Below, piece after piece: positions 18,508-29,461 of a stretch of 64,000 nt of DNA. Within the stretch, counting starts at the first letter, position 1; each line of letters starts with the position of its first letter. A model generated the notes under the pieces. It ran no database searches. It was not told the DNA's origin and saw only the letters and a list, made by a program, of their open reading frames with translations. This DNA is from a virus (lineage: Duplodnaviria > Caudoviricetes). The translations under genes and the position numbers were made by a program. The stretch covers positions 1 through 64,000 of the IMG/VR virus record IMGVR_UViG_3300025867_000008; one strand, 5' to 3'.

Positions 18508-20377
18508 ATTTGACCTCTTCGTATTCAACATCCTGTGTTTGCTCGGCTTTTGGTCCTTTTTGTTCAGATGCTGTTTGCTGATACATCTTCGTTGAAACAA
18601 CGTTCCATTTCTCATTTAACTCCTTCTCATATTTGTCTATATCATCTACATTCTGATCTTTATGAGCTGTTTTGAGTTTTTCAACGGCTTCTGTTAAATT
18701 CTGTTTATCTTCATCCGTTAATTTTTCTCCATATTCTTTGATATTCTTTTCTGTCTGGAATATCATAGCATCAGCTTGATTTAATTTATCAATTTTTTCT
18801 TTTTCTTTCTTATCAGCTGCTTCATTTTCTTTAGCCTCATTCTTCATTCTTTCAATTTCTTCTTTCGGAAGAGTTGAAGAATCTTCAATTCTGATATTTT
18901 GTTTCTTGTTTGTCGCCTTATCAGTAGCAGTTACCTCGAGAATTCCATTAGAATTGATATCGAACTTAACTTCAATTTGCGGAATGCCACGTGGCGCTGG
19001 TGGAATACCATCTAAGAAGAATCTACCTAATGTTTTATTCTGACTTGCCATAGGTCTTTCACCTTGTAGGACATGAATTTCTACACTTGGTTGATTATCC
19101 GAAGCAGTAGAAAAAACTTGTGATTTAGTAGTTGGAACAGTAGTATTAGCATCTACTAATTTTGTCATTACTCCACCAAAAGTTTCAATTCCGAGTGAAA
19201 GAGGAGTTACATCAAGAAGAAGAATATCCGTAACTTCGCCACTTATTATAGCTCCTTGAATTGCAGCTCCTTGCGCGACAGCTTCATCAGGGTTGACGCT
19301 TCTGTTTGGATCTTTTCCAAAAATATCTTTTACTATTTTCTGCACGGCTGGAATACGAGTCGAACCACCAACCAGAATAACTTCATCAATATCTTTTTTA
19401 TCAAATCCTGAATCTTTTAAAGCTTTTTCACATATTGGAATAAGACGTTTGAAAACAGAATCAGTAATTTGTTCAAATTTAGCTCTGTTTAATTTTAAAA
19501 CTAAATGCTTTGGGACACCATCTATGGCTGTGATGTATGGAAGATTGATTTCTGTTTCGACATTGGAAGAAAGCTCAATTTTTGCTTTTTCCGCGGCGTC
19601 TTTTAATCTTTGATACGCCATTGGATCTTTTCTTAGATCCATTCCATTATCTTTTTTAAATTCTTCAATCAACCAATCTACAATAACATCATCCACATCA
19701 TTACCTCCCAAATGAACATCACCGCGTGTAGATTTTACTTCAAATACACCATCACCCGAGTCCAAAACTGAAACGTCGAACGTACCACCACCAAAGTCAA
19801 ATACAACAATTTTCATATCTTCCTTCAACTTATCTAATCCATAAGCTAAAGCAGCGGCGGTTGGCTCATTAATAATACGATCTACTTTTAAACCAGCAAT
19901 TTCGCCAGCTTCTTCCGTAGCTTTACGTTGATCGTTATTAAACCAAGCTGGAACTGTAATGACAGCATGATCTATGGTTGTTCCAAGATAATCCTCAGCA
20001 GTTTTTTTCATCTTTTGAAGAATAATTGCTGAAATTTCTTGTGGTGAATATTCTTTATCTCCAACTTTAACATACGGCATATCATGTTTCTTAACGACTT
20101 TATAAGCATATCTACTAATTTCGTTCGTTAAATTATCGTACTTTTCACCCATAAAACGTTTTATAGAATGAATAGTTTTCTCACTATTTGTAACCGCTTG
20201 TCTACGAGCTGGATTTCCAATCTTACGCTCACCTTTATCTAAGAAAGCAACAACACTGGGTGTTGTTCTCTCACCCTCACTATTAACAATAATAGTTGGA
20301 GTTCCGTTTTCCATAATAGAAATACAAGAATTCGTAGTTCCCAAATCGATTCCTACAACTTTACTTTTCATACTCAT
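18506..20377 (-). CDS. dnaK: Hsp70 chaperone DnaK
   Basis: [53 protein letters not shown]; start reassigned to the ATG at 20377 (or 20371). Confidence 0.97.
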   Translation of the reverse strand: MSMKSKVVGIDLGTTNSCISIMENGTPTIIVNSEGERTTPSVVAFLDKGERKIGNPARRQAVTNSEKTIHSIKRFMGEKYDNLTNEISRYAYKVVKKHDMPYVKVGDKEYSPQEISAIILQKMKKTAEDYLGTTIDHAVITVPAWFNNDQRKATEEAGEIAGLKVDRIINEPTAAALAYGLDKLKEDMKIVVFDFGGGTFDVSVLDSGDGVFEVKSTRGDVHLGGNDVDDVIVDWLIEEFKKDNGMDLRKDPMAYQRLKDAAEKAKIELSSNVETEINLPYITAIDGVPKHLVLKLNRAKFEQITDSVFKRLIPICEKALKDSGFDKKDIDEVILVGGSTRIPAVQKIVKDIFGKDPNRSVNPDEAVAQGAAIQGAIISGEVTDILLLDVTPLSLGIETFGGVMTKLVDANTTVPTTKSQVFSTASDNQPSVEIHVLQGERPMASQNKTLGRFFLDGIPPAPRGIPQIEVKFDINSNGILEVTATDKATNKKQNIRIEDSSTLPKEEIERMKNEAKENEAADKKEKEKIDKLNQADAMIFQTEKNIKEYGEKLTDEDKQNLTEAVEKLKTAHKDQNVDDIDKYEKELNEKWNVVSTKMYQQTASEQKGPKAEQTQDVEYEEVK

Positions 20378-20402
20378 ATATTTTAATTTTTCTTTTTTTA
20401 TA

Positions 20403-20459
20403 TCAAACTCTGTGCCAAACGACAAATAAATTTCAATCTGTCATATTGTCATATAGTCA
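20403..20459 (-). promoter_or_regulatory. Sigma54-type -24/-12 promoter for dnaK with three upstream 8-nt-spaced TGAC repeats
   Basis: Minus strand TTGGCAC-AGAGT-TTGA (20418-20403) with exact GG-N10-G spacing; GTCA at 20440, 20448, 20456. Confidence 0.55.
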
Positions 20460-20503
20460 AATAATTATTTTTTGTTTTTATTATTTAATATATAGCTTTA
20501 ATT

Positions 20504-21541
20504 ATGAAAAAAGATTTTGCAGAATACATAAAAGAAAGTAGAGCTGATCATTATACAGAAAAAGAAAAAGAAATCTTATTACATAATGGATATCATCTCT
20601 ATAATGAAATGGAAGCTCATAAGGATGATAAGGCTATGCACTCCACAATAATGAAAATATGTTTAATTGGAGAAGTTAATACGACTTTTTATCAATATAA
20701 TGTATTCAAAAGAGATAAAGGCATATCAAAATCTTATGGAAGCGGTTCGGAAAACGACGTTTTATCAGCAATAAATAAAGCTCAAAAAAATATTGATAAA
20801 CAAGAAATATTCCCCCGTTCTTCAAAAAAATTAGATTATTTGGATAGAGCTATTAGCAAAAATGTTGAGGACACTTATTTTGGTTTGCCTGATGAAAATG
20901 AAAGAAATAATGTAAAAAAATTTGATGAATTCGTAAATGAAGGATTCTATGATTTGATGCAACATCATTACAATCCAAATGATAATAACGATCCTATGAA
21001 TCCACTCATTATGGTGGGATTTGTGATGGGGTTGTTATCTCAACTTTTACACGCGTTCAATATTCAACACATAATAGTTTTCATGATAGGAATAGGAATG
21101 AATGCTCCTTCTATTGCTGTATTTTTAAGAGCTTGTTTAAGAGGATTTTATAATCAAATTAGAGCAAAGAAATTGCTAAAAAAGACTGATGCCGAATTTA
21201 AGAAAGTAAAGGATCTTGTGAATAAATATCCAGATATAGAAATAGAAGTAAATAGAATAAAAGAAGATATGATACATCGCATCGGAATAAACGATAGGGA
21301 TGGAGTATCTAAATGTATTCACGATGTATATGAATTGTCAAAGAACTTAAAAGATAGAGAAAAACTTGGAAATTTTTATGATATGACAGAAGAAGAGAAA
21401 CAAGTAATAAGAAAAAAAATAGAAGAAAAGAAGAATGAATTGAAGAAAAAGAAAGAAGCTATTAAAAATATAGATCCTTACGGTGAAGAAAAATGGGAAG
21501 ATGGAGACGATAAAAGTCAATGGTGGTTAAGTAAAAAATAA
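20504..21541 (+). CDS. Two-module hypothetical (internal second CTS-like leader, TM segment, DPYGEEKW)
   Basis: MKKDFAEYIKES; internal NNVKKFDEFVNEG; hydrophobic LIMVGFVMGLL; NIDPYGEEKW. Confidence 0.75.
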   Translation: MKKDFAEYIKESRADHYTEKEKEILLHNGYHLYNEMEAHKDDKAMHSTIMKICLIGEVNTTFYQYNVFKRDKGISKSYGSGSENDVLSAINKAQKNIDKQEIFPRSSKKLDYLDRAISKNVEDTYFGLPDENERNNVKKFDEFVNEGFYDLMQHHYNPNDNNDPMNPLIMVGFVMGLLSQLLHAFNIQHIIVFMIGIGMNAPSIAVFLRACLRGFYNQIRAKKLLKKTDAEFKKVKDLVNKYPDIEIEVNRIKEDMIHRIGINDRDGVSKCIHDVYELSKNLKDREKLGNFYDMTEEEKQVIRKKIEEKKNELKKKKEAIKNIDPYGEEKWEDGDDKSQWWLSKK

Positions 21542-21549
21542 AAAGTAAA

Positions 21550-23745
21550 ATGGGAGAATTTATACTTTCTTACGAAAAATATCTTCACAATGATGAAGAT
21601 GAATTAAATGAAGGTTGGAAAACATGGCTATCTACGTTCATGTTACTTTTAAATCTTGGAATTGTTCCACCTAAGATTCAAGCTTCAGATTTGAACACAA
21701 AAATAGAATGGGTTCAATCTGTTCCTGAAGGAACTATAAATCTTGCAAAATTAGCAGCTTTTTTAACCAGAGACTCACACGTTGATATAGATGATAAAGA
21801 TGAAGTGGTTTCAAAAATAGATGAATTTAACAAATCGAACGGCACTAAATTAAATTATGACATGGTTAGAGCATATTTGAAATGTGAGAGTTATACAAGA
21901 GATAAATCTACTTATTATAAGTGGAGTTTCAATCCACCATCAAAATCAGCAGTTGGAATGGATATGGAAAAAATACAACCAGCTAAATACGGAATGGGAA
22001 TTTCTTTAATAAGTGATTACGGTGACTTTATGAATCCAAAGATGGAAGACTCTTTGAATCAAGTCTTGTTTAAATATGAAAAATTGACAGGAGTTGAAAT
22101 AGCCATATTGACGGTGCCTTCATTACAGGATCAAGATCCAGCCGATTTTACTATAAAAACATTTAATAGATGGGGAATAGGTAAGAAAGGTGCAAATAAT
22201 GGTATTCTTATATTAACCAGTATGGGTGATAGAAAATATTGGATTGCAGTTGGTTATGGAATGGAAGATATATTTCCAGATGCTCTTGCTAAAAGATTTG
22301 GTGAAAATTGTTTAGTTCCAAATTTCAGAGAAGGTGAATACGAGCAAGGGTTCAAAGAACTTATTGAAGAAATGAAGGAAGAATTTGGAAATATTCCTAT
22401 TGAAAGAAAGAAAGAATTAGAAAAGAAATATGATCAGATAGCCAAAGAAAATGTGAAGAATTTCTTCATAGGTGCTGGTGAAATTGCACTTTTACTTTTA
22501 GCCATGGGATTAATCGCTTATTTAATTTATGCTGGAGCTAAGAAAAGAAAAGAATTGAGAGAACAAATTGCACGCATTAAAGCTGAATTAGCTAGAGTGG
22601 ATAGAGGTGTAGCAGATTTAATCGTAGATGAAGATCCAGTATTTAATGATGAATCTATACTTGGCGGAATAAAAATAGCAACAGAGGAACTCGCTAAGAA
22701 AAAGATTAGGGGAGAAAAAAGTTTAGTTGAATTTGAAACGAGACTCGATGAATGTGCTAAACAATTAAGATATGTTCAAAATGTAGAAAAAGAGTTATCA
22801 ATGATAAAAAAGAACTCAATGGATATATTTAGAAAATTAAAAGGATATGAAGATAAACCAACCGAAATGAAAGCTGTTGGTGAGGCCGCTTTTAATATGT
22901 TAAATGGATTCGACTTTAAAAAATTAGATATATCTACTGCTACATTAGATAAATATAGAAAAATGTTTGATAAATTGTCAGCTTTTTATAAGAATTACGA
23001 AGATTTTTATAAGAAATTATCTTATGTAACAACCAATATTCAAGGATTTGATAAAATAAAAACTGATTTATTAAACAAATTAAAAGACTCAGCTCAATAT
23101 GTTGATAAAGTTAAAGAATTTGGTTATCAAACAGGTGTTGAAACCAAAGAAGAAGATATAGAATCGCTTAAGAATTTTGTAGATAGAATGGGTAATATTT
23201 ATATGACAGATTTAGTTGGAGCTACGGATCTTCTTACACAATATGGAAAGAAAGTCTATTCTATGGAACAAGACATATTAAAACCTATGGCTAAATTTAA
23301 TGATATAGTTACAGCAACTAAATATGTAAAAGATAATGAAAAGAATATTGAAGATGTTCTACGTCGAATACAAGATTGGCATCATAGAGGCTATGTCAGG
23401 AGCAATGAAGTTGAAGATTCTAAAGAAATCGCAAACTCATATGAAGAGATAAAAGATAGCAAAGATGTTTTAAGAAAAAGTGCAACATTGCAAACTGTTC
23501 TACAGAAACTCGAAAACATCCTACAAAAAGGACAAAATAGATTAGAGGAAGAAGAGGAAGAAAGAAGACGTAAGAGAGAAGAAGAGGAAGAAGAAGAAAG
23601 AAGAAGAAAACGTAGAATGGAAGAAGAAGAAAGAAGTCACAGTTATGGAGGCGGTTATGGCGGAGGCGGCGGCTATGGCGGAGGCGGCGGTTTCAGCTTC
23701 GGCGGTGGTTCGTGTGGCGGCGGCGGTGCTGGTGGAAGTTGGTAA
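21550..23745 (+). CDS. TPM-domain (YgcG-like) membrane protein with a long coiled-coil insertion
   Basis: EIAILTVPSL..FNRWGIGKKGANNGILIL..IAVGYGMEDIFPDA; TM helix; Gly-rich end FGGGSCGGGGAGGSW. Confidence 0.85.
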   Translation: MGEFILSYEKYLHNDEDELNEGWKTWLSTFMLLLNLGIVPPKIQASDLNTKIEWVQSVPEGTINLAKLAAFLTRDSHVDIDDKDEVVSKIDEFNKSNGTKLNYDMVRAYLKCESYTRDKSTYYKWSFNPPSKSAVGMDMEKIQPAKYGMGISLISDYGDFMNPKMEDSLNQVLFKYEKLTGVEIAILTVPSLQDQDPADFTIKTFNRWGIGKKGANNGILILTSMGDRKYWIAVGYGMEDIFPDALAKRFGENCLVPNFREGEYEQGFKELIEEMKEEFGNIPIERKKELEKKYDQIAKENVKNFFIGAGEIALLLLAMGLIAYLIYAGAKKRKELREQIARIKAELARVDRGVADLIVDEDPVFNDESILGGIKIATEELAKKKIRGEKSLVEFETRLDECAKQLRYVQNVEKELSMIKKNSMDIFRKLKGYEDKPTEMKAVGEAAFNMLNGFDFKKLDISTATLDKYRKMFDKLSAFYKNYEDFYKKLSYVTTNIQGFDKIKTDLLNKLKDSAQYVDKVKEFGYQTGVETKEEDIESLKNFVDRMGNIYMTDLVGATDLLTQYGKKVYSMEQDILKPMAKFNDIVTATKYVKDNEKNIEDVLRRIQDWHHRGYVRSNEVEDSKEIANSYEEIKDSKDVLRKSATLQTVLQKLENILQKGQNRLEEEEEERRRKREEEEEEERRRKRRMEEEERSHSYGGGYGGGGGYGGGGGFSFGGGSCGGGGAGGSW

Positions 23746-23798
23746 TATAAAATAAAATATAAATATTTATATATAGCTTAAAATTAAAATATTTTTAA

Positions 23799-24959
23799 AT
23801 GTTTCTAGAATATAACAATTTTATTGCAGAGGCTAAAATAGCTGATCTTAAACCCGGCACGCGTGTTGTATTAAAGGGATCATTGGTGAAAAAAATATTG
23901 GATCCAGAAACCAATCTTCCTTTTAACTTAGAAAATAAAATAGCTGTAGTTAAATCTATTGGAAAACAAACAAATAAACAGACTTTTGGATCAGAGTCGG
24001 TTATTACTTTCACTTTAGAAGAACCAATTGTTACAAAAATAGATTTATATACTAGAGGCGGTAAAAAAGTGAACATGCAAATGGATTCAGTTTTTTCTGA
24101 ATTCAAAGTAAATCGTAATTATTTCCAAAATTTTGAAATTCTTACGCCCGAATATTTAGAATTGCAAAGAAAATTAAAGGAGGGTGAATTGACTATGTTT
24201 CAATCCACAAAAGATTTCTTATCTATTTTGAAAGAAATTAAATTTAAAAGAAAAGGTGATTATTTTGATGTTTCTTATTTTGATATAGTTAAAGATAATC
24301 CAGATTACGCATCTTTTGTTCCATCTAAAAAATCAGTAGGTGAAGATTTTGAAAAGTTTCGTCAGCAATCAAAAATAGGAAGAATATTTAGAAGATTAAA
24401 TCCAGATCTAAAAGATCCAGAAGTTGAAGACTTTGTAAATAAATATAAAGCGGAATTAGAAACGATGCTAAAAGGACCTGAGATTAATGTTGTTACTGGT
24501 GAGGATATTTCTTATTGGTATCATCAAAAAAGATATCAAAATGGTGGTGGTACGTTAAACAATTCTTGTATGAGATACGCTGAAGAGCAAAAAAGCGTTC
24601 GTTTTTACGATAATTTCCCGGATAAAATAGCACTAGCCACATATACAAAAGGAGGCAAATTACATGCAAGAGCTTTGATATGGCGTTTAGACGATGGTAG
24701 AGTTTATATGGATAGAATATATTCAGTAAACGCCGCAGCTGGAATTCAGTTAGAAAAATATGCTGCTAAATTTAAAATGTTAATGTACAAAAACAGATAT
24801 AATATAAAGAATTCTAAAATGGGTTCTAAAATGGCAGTAACATTAGAATCGAATAAAAAAATGGAGATGCAACTTCCTTATTTTGATACTTTCGGATGTA
24901 TGGAATTGAATAAAAAAGATAAGAAAAAGGACGTTTATATAACCAAATTGGATTGTTGA
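23799..24959 (+). CDS. SCM/ARALIW/MDRIY family protein (paralog 1), CTS-like leader
   Basis: MFLEYNNFIAE; GGTLNNSCMRY, ARALIWRL, YMDRIY, PYFDT. Confidence 0.8.
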   Translation: MFLEYNNFIAEAKIADLKPGTRVVLKGSLVKKILDPETNLPFNLENKIAVVKSIGKQTNKQTFGSESVITFTLEEPIVTKIDLYTRGGKKVNMQMDSVFSEFKVNRNYFQNFEILTPEYLELQRKLKEGELTMFQSTKDFLSILKEIKFKRKGDYFDVSYFDIVKDNPDYASFVPSKKSVGEDFEKFRQQSKIGRIFRRLNPDLKDPEVEDFVNKYKAELETMLKGPEINVVTGEDISYWYHQKRYQNGGGTLNNSCMRYAEEQKSVRFYDNFPDKIALATYTKGGKLHARALIWRLDDGRVYMDRIYSVNAAAGIQLEKYAAKFKMLMYKNRYNIKNSKMGSKMAVTLESNKKMEMQLPYFDTFGCMELNKKDKKKDVYITKLDC

Positions 24960-25285
24960 ATTTTTAAAAATTGGCTGCCTTTTAAACTATTACCAAAAAA
25001 CTCAGCAGGGTCAACTTGTCCAGGTTCCAATGGTTTTGGAATATCTGGAATTTCATGTTTTTTACTTTTAGACGGTTGTGGAAGTTTATTAGAAACAAAT
25101 TCATTATTTCTCATCATTTCAATAGTTTTTTCAGAATAGTATAATTTTTCCACCAATTGATTTTGAGTTAAAACTTCACCATTGACAACAAGATTTACAT
25201 TGCTTTGAAAATCATTTAAAACCATTAATTCGTTTGTTGGATCGTGTCTCGTGACATTAAATCCACCATTCATGCAACCGTCCAT
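24935..25285 (-). CDS. Hypothetical protein
   Basis: LVVNGE and VDPAEFF motifs shared with 319..732. Confidence 0.6.
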   Translation of the reverse strand: MDGCMNGGFNVTRHDPTNELMVLNDFQSNVNLVVNGEVLTQNQLVEKLYYSEKTIEMMRNNEFVSNKLPQPSKSKKHEIPDIPKPLEPGQVDPAEFFGNSLKGSQFLKIQQSNLVI

Positions 25286-26160
25286 TATGCCAAGTTTGGA
25301 TTATTTTTTGTCATGGTTTGAACATATTTATTTATGTTCATATATTTGTTCAAATCTATAAATACTAAAATTTCAATAAAATCAGAATTTCTAAAATCTT
25401 CTTTATCTTTTTCACTTAAAGAACTATAGAATTCACCAGTTATTATTCTTTGCAAAAGTAATTCTGTTATTTCATCATTTGGAGATTTTAAGAATTTGTG
25501 TTTATATAAAAACATTTTCAAATTATTCAATCTGGCCCAAACTTCACTGGGGTCACTTAAATATTCTCTACTTCTCGTCATGTCGCTTTTTAGAGAGTAT
25601 TCAAATTTTGTTATAAATTTAAATAATAAATCTGTTTGTTTTCTATTATAATTAAAATTGAAACCATCTAAAATTCTTGGATCTACTTCAACGACGCTTT
25701 CTATAGCGTGAGATAGTTCATGAAAAATTGAATTATAAGAAGCGTCCGTGGCTAAAAATATAACACTTTCTCCAGTTTTTGCAGTCGAACACCAACACGA
25801 TGGATCTCCATTACCAGCTTGAGATTTTGCCCTTTTATATAATTCATAACAAATAGGATCATTTTTTCTATAAACAATAGGGGTCTTATCTATTTTTTCT
25901 ATTACTTTTTGTTTATTGATAATTTTGTTGTTTTTCGTTACATAATCTTTAAAATCTCTTACAACATTTTGAACAAAGAAATTATTATTTGCTATGTTCA
26001 TTGTTTTTATATAACTCTCTATTTTTTTGGCATCATATATAGGTTTTCTTGTATCCGCTCCTATGTCAGAAAATATAGATGTCAATAATATGAAAAGAGC
26101 CGCCATATTATCTTTCCATCCTTCATCTATTTTTTCATATTTGTCAAATTTTGTTATCAT
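25285..26160 (-). CDS. Putative zincin metallopeptidase, CTS-like leader then hydrophobic segment
   Basis: FHELSHAIE (HExxH) with downstream SEVWAR; MITKFDKYEKIDE/GWKDNMAALFILL. Confidence 0.6.
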   Translation of the reverse strand: MITKFDKYEKIDEGWKDNMAALFILLTSIFSDIGADTRKPIYDAKKIESYIKTMNIANNNFFVQNVVRDFKDYVTKNNKIINKQKVIEKIDKTPIVYRKNDPICYELYKRAKSQAGNGDPSCWCSTAKTGESVIFLATDASYNSIFHELSHAIESVVEVDPRILDGFNFNYNRKQTDLLFKFITKFEYSLKSDMTRSREYLSDPSEVWARLNNLKMFLYKHKFLKSPNDEITELLLQRIITGEFYSSLSEKDKEDFRNSDFIEILVFIDLNKYMNINKYVQTMTKNNPNLA

Positions 26161-27278
26161 CTATTTGAAAATTTATTTGCTTTCTTCGTAATGGGCGGGT
26201 TGCTACCATCTTCTTTCCATATCGGGTGCATTGTGTCGAGATATGGAAGTAGTGATTCTTTACTTCCGTCATAATCTATATTTATAACCATCTTATTATC
26301 GTTATTATATCCTGAAATTTTAGTTTTCATATTGTGTTTTGCTGCATACATTTCTAATATTTTTCCATGCTCGGGTTTAACATAATAAATTCTATCCATG
26401 AAAATAACTCCTTCGGGTTCATCTAATCTCCAGATGAGAGCCCTGGCTAATAGTTGCTTTTTATCATCCAATAAAATGCAAAGGGCTATTTTATCAGGAT
26501 GTTTCGAGTAAAAAGCAACTCTTGGTTGTTGAGTTTCACCTCGCATACACGATGAATTTAAAGTGCCTCCTCCAGGATTATAACGTTTACAATTATACCA
26601 ATATGTTATTTTATCCCCTGTTACAACTTGTATTTTATCAGATTGATCTTTAATAAGAATGTTCCACGAGGCTTTATAAGCATTTACAAAATTTTCTTGT
26701 TGTTGATCTGTCCATTTTTCATTTAGTCTTCTCAATATTCTTCCAACGCGAGTAGATTGTCTGTGTTTTGTTTTGTAAGGATCATCTCCGTCTTTCATAC
26801 ATATTTCATATTTAGCTTGTGGTAAAAATGATACTGTGTCATCTTTCTCTTTATCTACATCAAAATAACTAATATCATAATATTTATGTTGCATAGAAAA
26901 ACCAATTGTTCGTAATATATAATTAAACATCTCAGAGGATTCATAACGCATTGTAAATCCAGCTTTTTTTCTTTCGTATTCCGCTGCTAATATATGAGTT
27001 AAATTTTTAATTTGATTTTGATTTATTTCAATAGTGTTTGTTTCTACTTCAGCTTCACCTCTTTTATCAATTATGGGTTCTTCAAATTGAAGAGTGTAGA
27101 TAGTCTTAAGTGTTCTAGCGTGCTCGTATCTTCTATTTGTTATTTTAGCTGTTTTTCCTTTAGCTCCAACGATTCCTTTAAAATTTCCACCACAGATAAC
27201 ATAATCTCCAACTCTCATTTGATATTTTAGAGCCTCATTAATAAATAAATCATATTTGGTTATTATATTGGTTTGCAT
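26157..27278 (-). CDS. SCM/ARALIW/MDRIY family protein (paralog 2)
   Basis: ITKYDLFINE; GGTLNSSCMRG, ARALIWRL, FMDRIY, PYLDT. Confidence 0.8.
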   Translation of the reverse strand: MQTNIITKYDLFINEALKYQMRVGDYVICGGNFKGIVGAKGKTAKITNRRYEHARTLKTIYTLQFEEPIIDKRGEAEVETNTIEINQNQIKNLTHILAAEYERKKAGFTMRYESSEMFNYILRTIGFSMQHKYYDISYFDVDKEKDDTVSFLPQAKYEICMKDGDDPYKTKHRQSTRVGRILRRLNEKWTDQQQENFVNAYKASWNILIKDQSDKIQVVTGDKITYWYNCKRYNPGGGTLNSSCMRGETQQPRVAFYSKHPDKIALCILLDDKKQLLARALIWRLDEPEGVIFMDRIYYVKPEHGKILEMYAAKHNMKTKISGYNNDNKMVINIDYDGSKESLLPYLDTMHPIWKEDGSNPPITKKANKFSNR

Positions 27279-29461
27279 TCTATTTCATATTCTTTTTTAT
27301 TGTTCATATAACTACTTATATTCCATCCTTTAAAATATTTCGCTAGTATATATTTATATACGTTCGCCCTTTTTTGGCTAAATGTCCAAGTTTTAAATCC
27401 TTTTATATCCAGATTGGTATGCTCTGTTACAAAATCTTTACAAATCTTAACAACGGTATTCAATACATTAATAGCATCGTGCTTATTCATTTCATAATAT
27501 TTATCAAACGGTCCATTCTTCAAAAGATATTTTAGAGTACCAGTAAATCCGCTTTCATCTGTGAATTTAACACCAAGATAATTGTCCATTTTATTGAAAG
27601 AAACCGTCACAAAATATAGAATGTTGTCTTTTGATCTAAATTTATAAATAAAATCAATATAGGGATCCATCCACGTGTGTTTTTTCACAAACTGATAGTC
27701 ATATGTCTTTTCAGTTTCAAATAATTCATTCATTTTATTTTTTATAAATTTTCCTTTATCATACCAAATTATTTCATCTTTATCAATTTCTTTTAGAAAT
27801 TCATCGACCGACCAAATATGTTTTTCAGAATCAGCACTATCAATTGACCAAGTAATACTAAGACTTTTATACAAATATAAATAGAACTTACCGTCTTCTC
27901 TATGCTTAGACAAACGATCATAACTTATTCCCCAGTCTTTATATCCCTCTTCTTTGGCATACTTCATAATTCTTTCACAATCTTCTTTATTATCTATCAA
28001 TATTATGTCGAAATCCTCACTTAGTAATTTTTCATTAATGGATCTATAATATGATTCCCATATTTCTTCACCATAAGGATCAATATCTTTAACCATTTCT
28101 AACCTTTTTTTCTTTTCTTCAGCTCTTTTTCTTGACCACTTTACTATCTCAGCGCGTCTTTTTTTGCATTTTTCCACTGCTTCTTCTTTATTATCAGATA
28201 AATCATCATCCGAAATCCATTCAATTTTTAAATTTTCATCATCTTCTTTTTCTAGAGCGTACCAAATTTTGCCTTTACCATCTTTCATAGTTTTAATAAT
28301 TCTAGAATAACCAGCATGCTTACCTAATATACTGAAACCAGATAAGTAATAAACTCTATTACCAACTTTATAGCTTTCCCAAATTTCTTCACCATAAGGA
28401 TCTTCTGGTGTTATTATTCTAGGGTGCTCTTTATAAATGCAATACATTGGAACCCAAATAAAATCGTTATTATCGTCAAATAACCACGCTCGATATTTTG
28501 GATTAAAATAATAGTCTCTTCCTTGTTCTATATCTATTATTTCATATTGATTTCCGGGAGTTAAGTTAAATTCTAAGTATATGGGCGATGACTGTCCTGT
28601 TAGTCTTCCTTTCATTGGAGTGGTCTGACGTATCCTTATATTATCGTTATAAAAAACCATATCTCCAACATTAAATCTTTCTCCGTTCGCGACACAAGTA
28701 TCCACCGATATCCTTGACATCCGCTCGTTTAAATTATTTCCCCAAATTTCTTCATTATAAACTTTTTCATTCTTTGATAAAATTTCTATTTCTTTACCCT
28801 CAACTTGATAAATATTATTCAATCCGTCTACAAAAAATAAATATCCCTCACTAAAATAAATATCAGTAATATGCTTTTTTATAGTTTCAATTTCATAATC
28901 ATTCGTATGTCTATCCCAATCTTTTATATTAAAAGATATATCATTATCAACTATTTCATCATAATATTTATTATACCACTTACTTATCGTGTTTGTACTT
29001 GGATATGGAGATGGCAGTTTTATAATTCCATCATTAACACTTTCATCTACTAACCAATTTTCTTCACCATATGGATCCACATCCAAGTGTTTTAAACGTA
29101 ATTCTTCCTTTTTTCTTTTCCTTTTCTCAAAGTATTCGGAAGCATCTTTCAAAAATTCTTCCGCTGTTAAAAACACGTAATTTGAATATTTTTTTTGTTT
29201 ATTATTTTGATAAAATTCTAAATCCTCATAACCTAAATATGATTTATTTTCAGTATAACGTTCTATCCATATACAAAGATTTGTATAACTACCCCAGAAG
29301 TTTTTCGCCGTAGGTTTCTCCATAGACCCCCAAAGACAACCTAGCGCCTCTAGATATTCCATCAGATCGTCATATTGCTCTTTTGTTTTAACCAAAATAA
29401 CATAATTCGAAGTTAAATCTGGAACTTTACTTTTTCTGTTAAATCTTAAAATTTTAAACAT
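27263..29461 (-). CDS. Multi-module polyprotein-like hypothetical with 3 DPYGEExW copies plus 1 variant
   Basis: DPYGEENW, VYNEEIW, DPYGEEIW x2, IIWYDKGK; modules end at ES/NE. Confidence 0.8.
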   Translation of the reverse strand: MFKILRFNRKSKVPDLTSNYVILVKTKEQYDDLMEYLEALGCLWGSMEKPTAKNFWGSYTNLCIWIERYTENKSYLGYEDLEFYQNNKQKKYSNYVFLTAEEFLKDASEYFEKRKRKKEELRLKHLDVDPYGEENWLVDESVNDGIIKLPSPYPSTNTISKWYNKYYDEIVDNDISFNIKDWDRHTNDYEIETIKKHITDIYFSEGYLFFVDGLNNIYQVEGKEIEILSKNEKVYNEEIWGNNLNERMSRISVDTCVANGERFNVGDMVFYNDNIRIRQTTPMKGRLTGQSSPIYLEFNLTPGNQYEIIDIEQGRDYYFNPKYRAWLFDDNNDFIWVPMYCIYKEHPRIITPEDPYGEEIWESYKVGNRVYYLSGFSILGKHAGYSRIIKTMKDGKGKIWYALEKEDDENLKIEWISDDDLSDNKEEAVEKCKKRRAEIVKWSRKRAEEKKKRLEMVKDIDPYGEEIWESYYRSINEKLLSEDFDIILIDNKEDCERIMKYAKEEGYKDWGISYDRLSKHREDGKFYLYLYKSLSITWSIDSADSEKHIWSVDEFLKEIDKDEIIWYDKGKFIKNKMNELFETEKTYDYQFVKKHTWMDPYIDFIYKFRSKDNILYFVTVSFNKMDNYLGVKFTDESGFTGTLKYLLKNGPFDKYYEMNKHDAINVLNTVVKICKDFVTEHTNLDIKGFKTWTFSQKRANVYKYILAKYFKGWNISSYMNNKKEYEIECKPI

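Noticed and set aside
20378-20425. N-terminal extension of DnaK ([11 protein letters not shown]...)
   Set aside because: It uses a TTG start and overlaps the sigma54-like promoter; the ATG at 20377/20371 matches normal DnaK starts.
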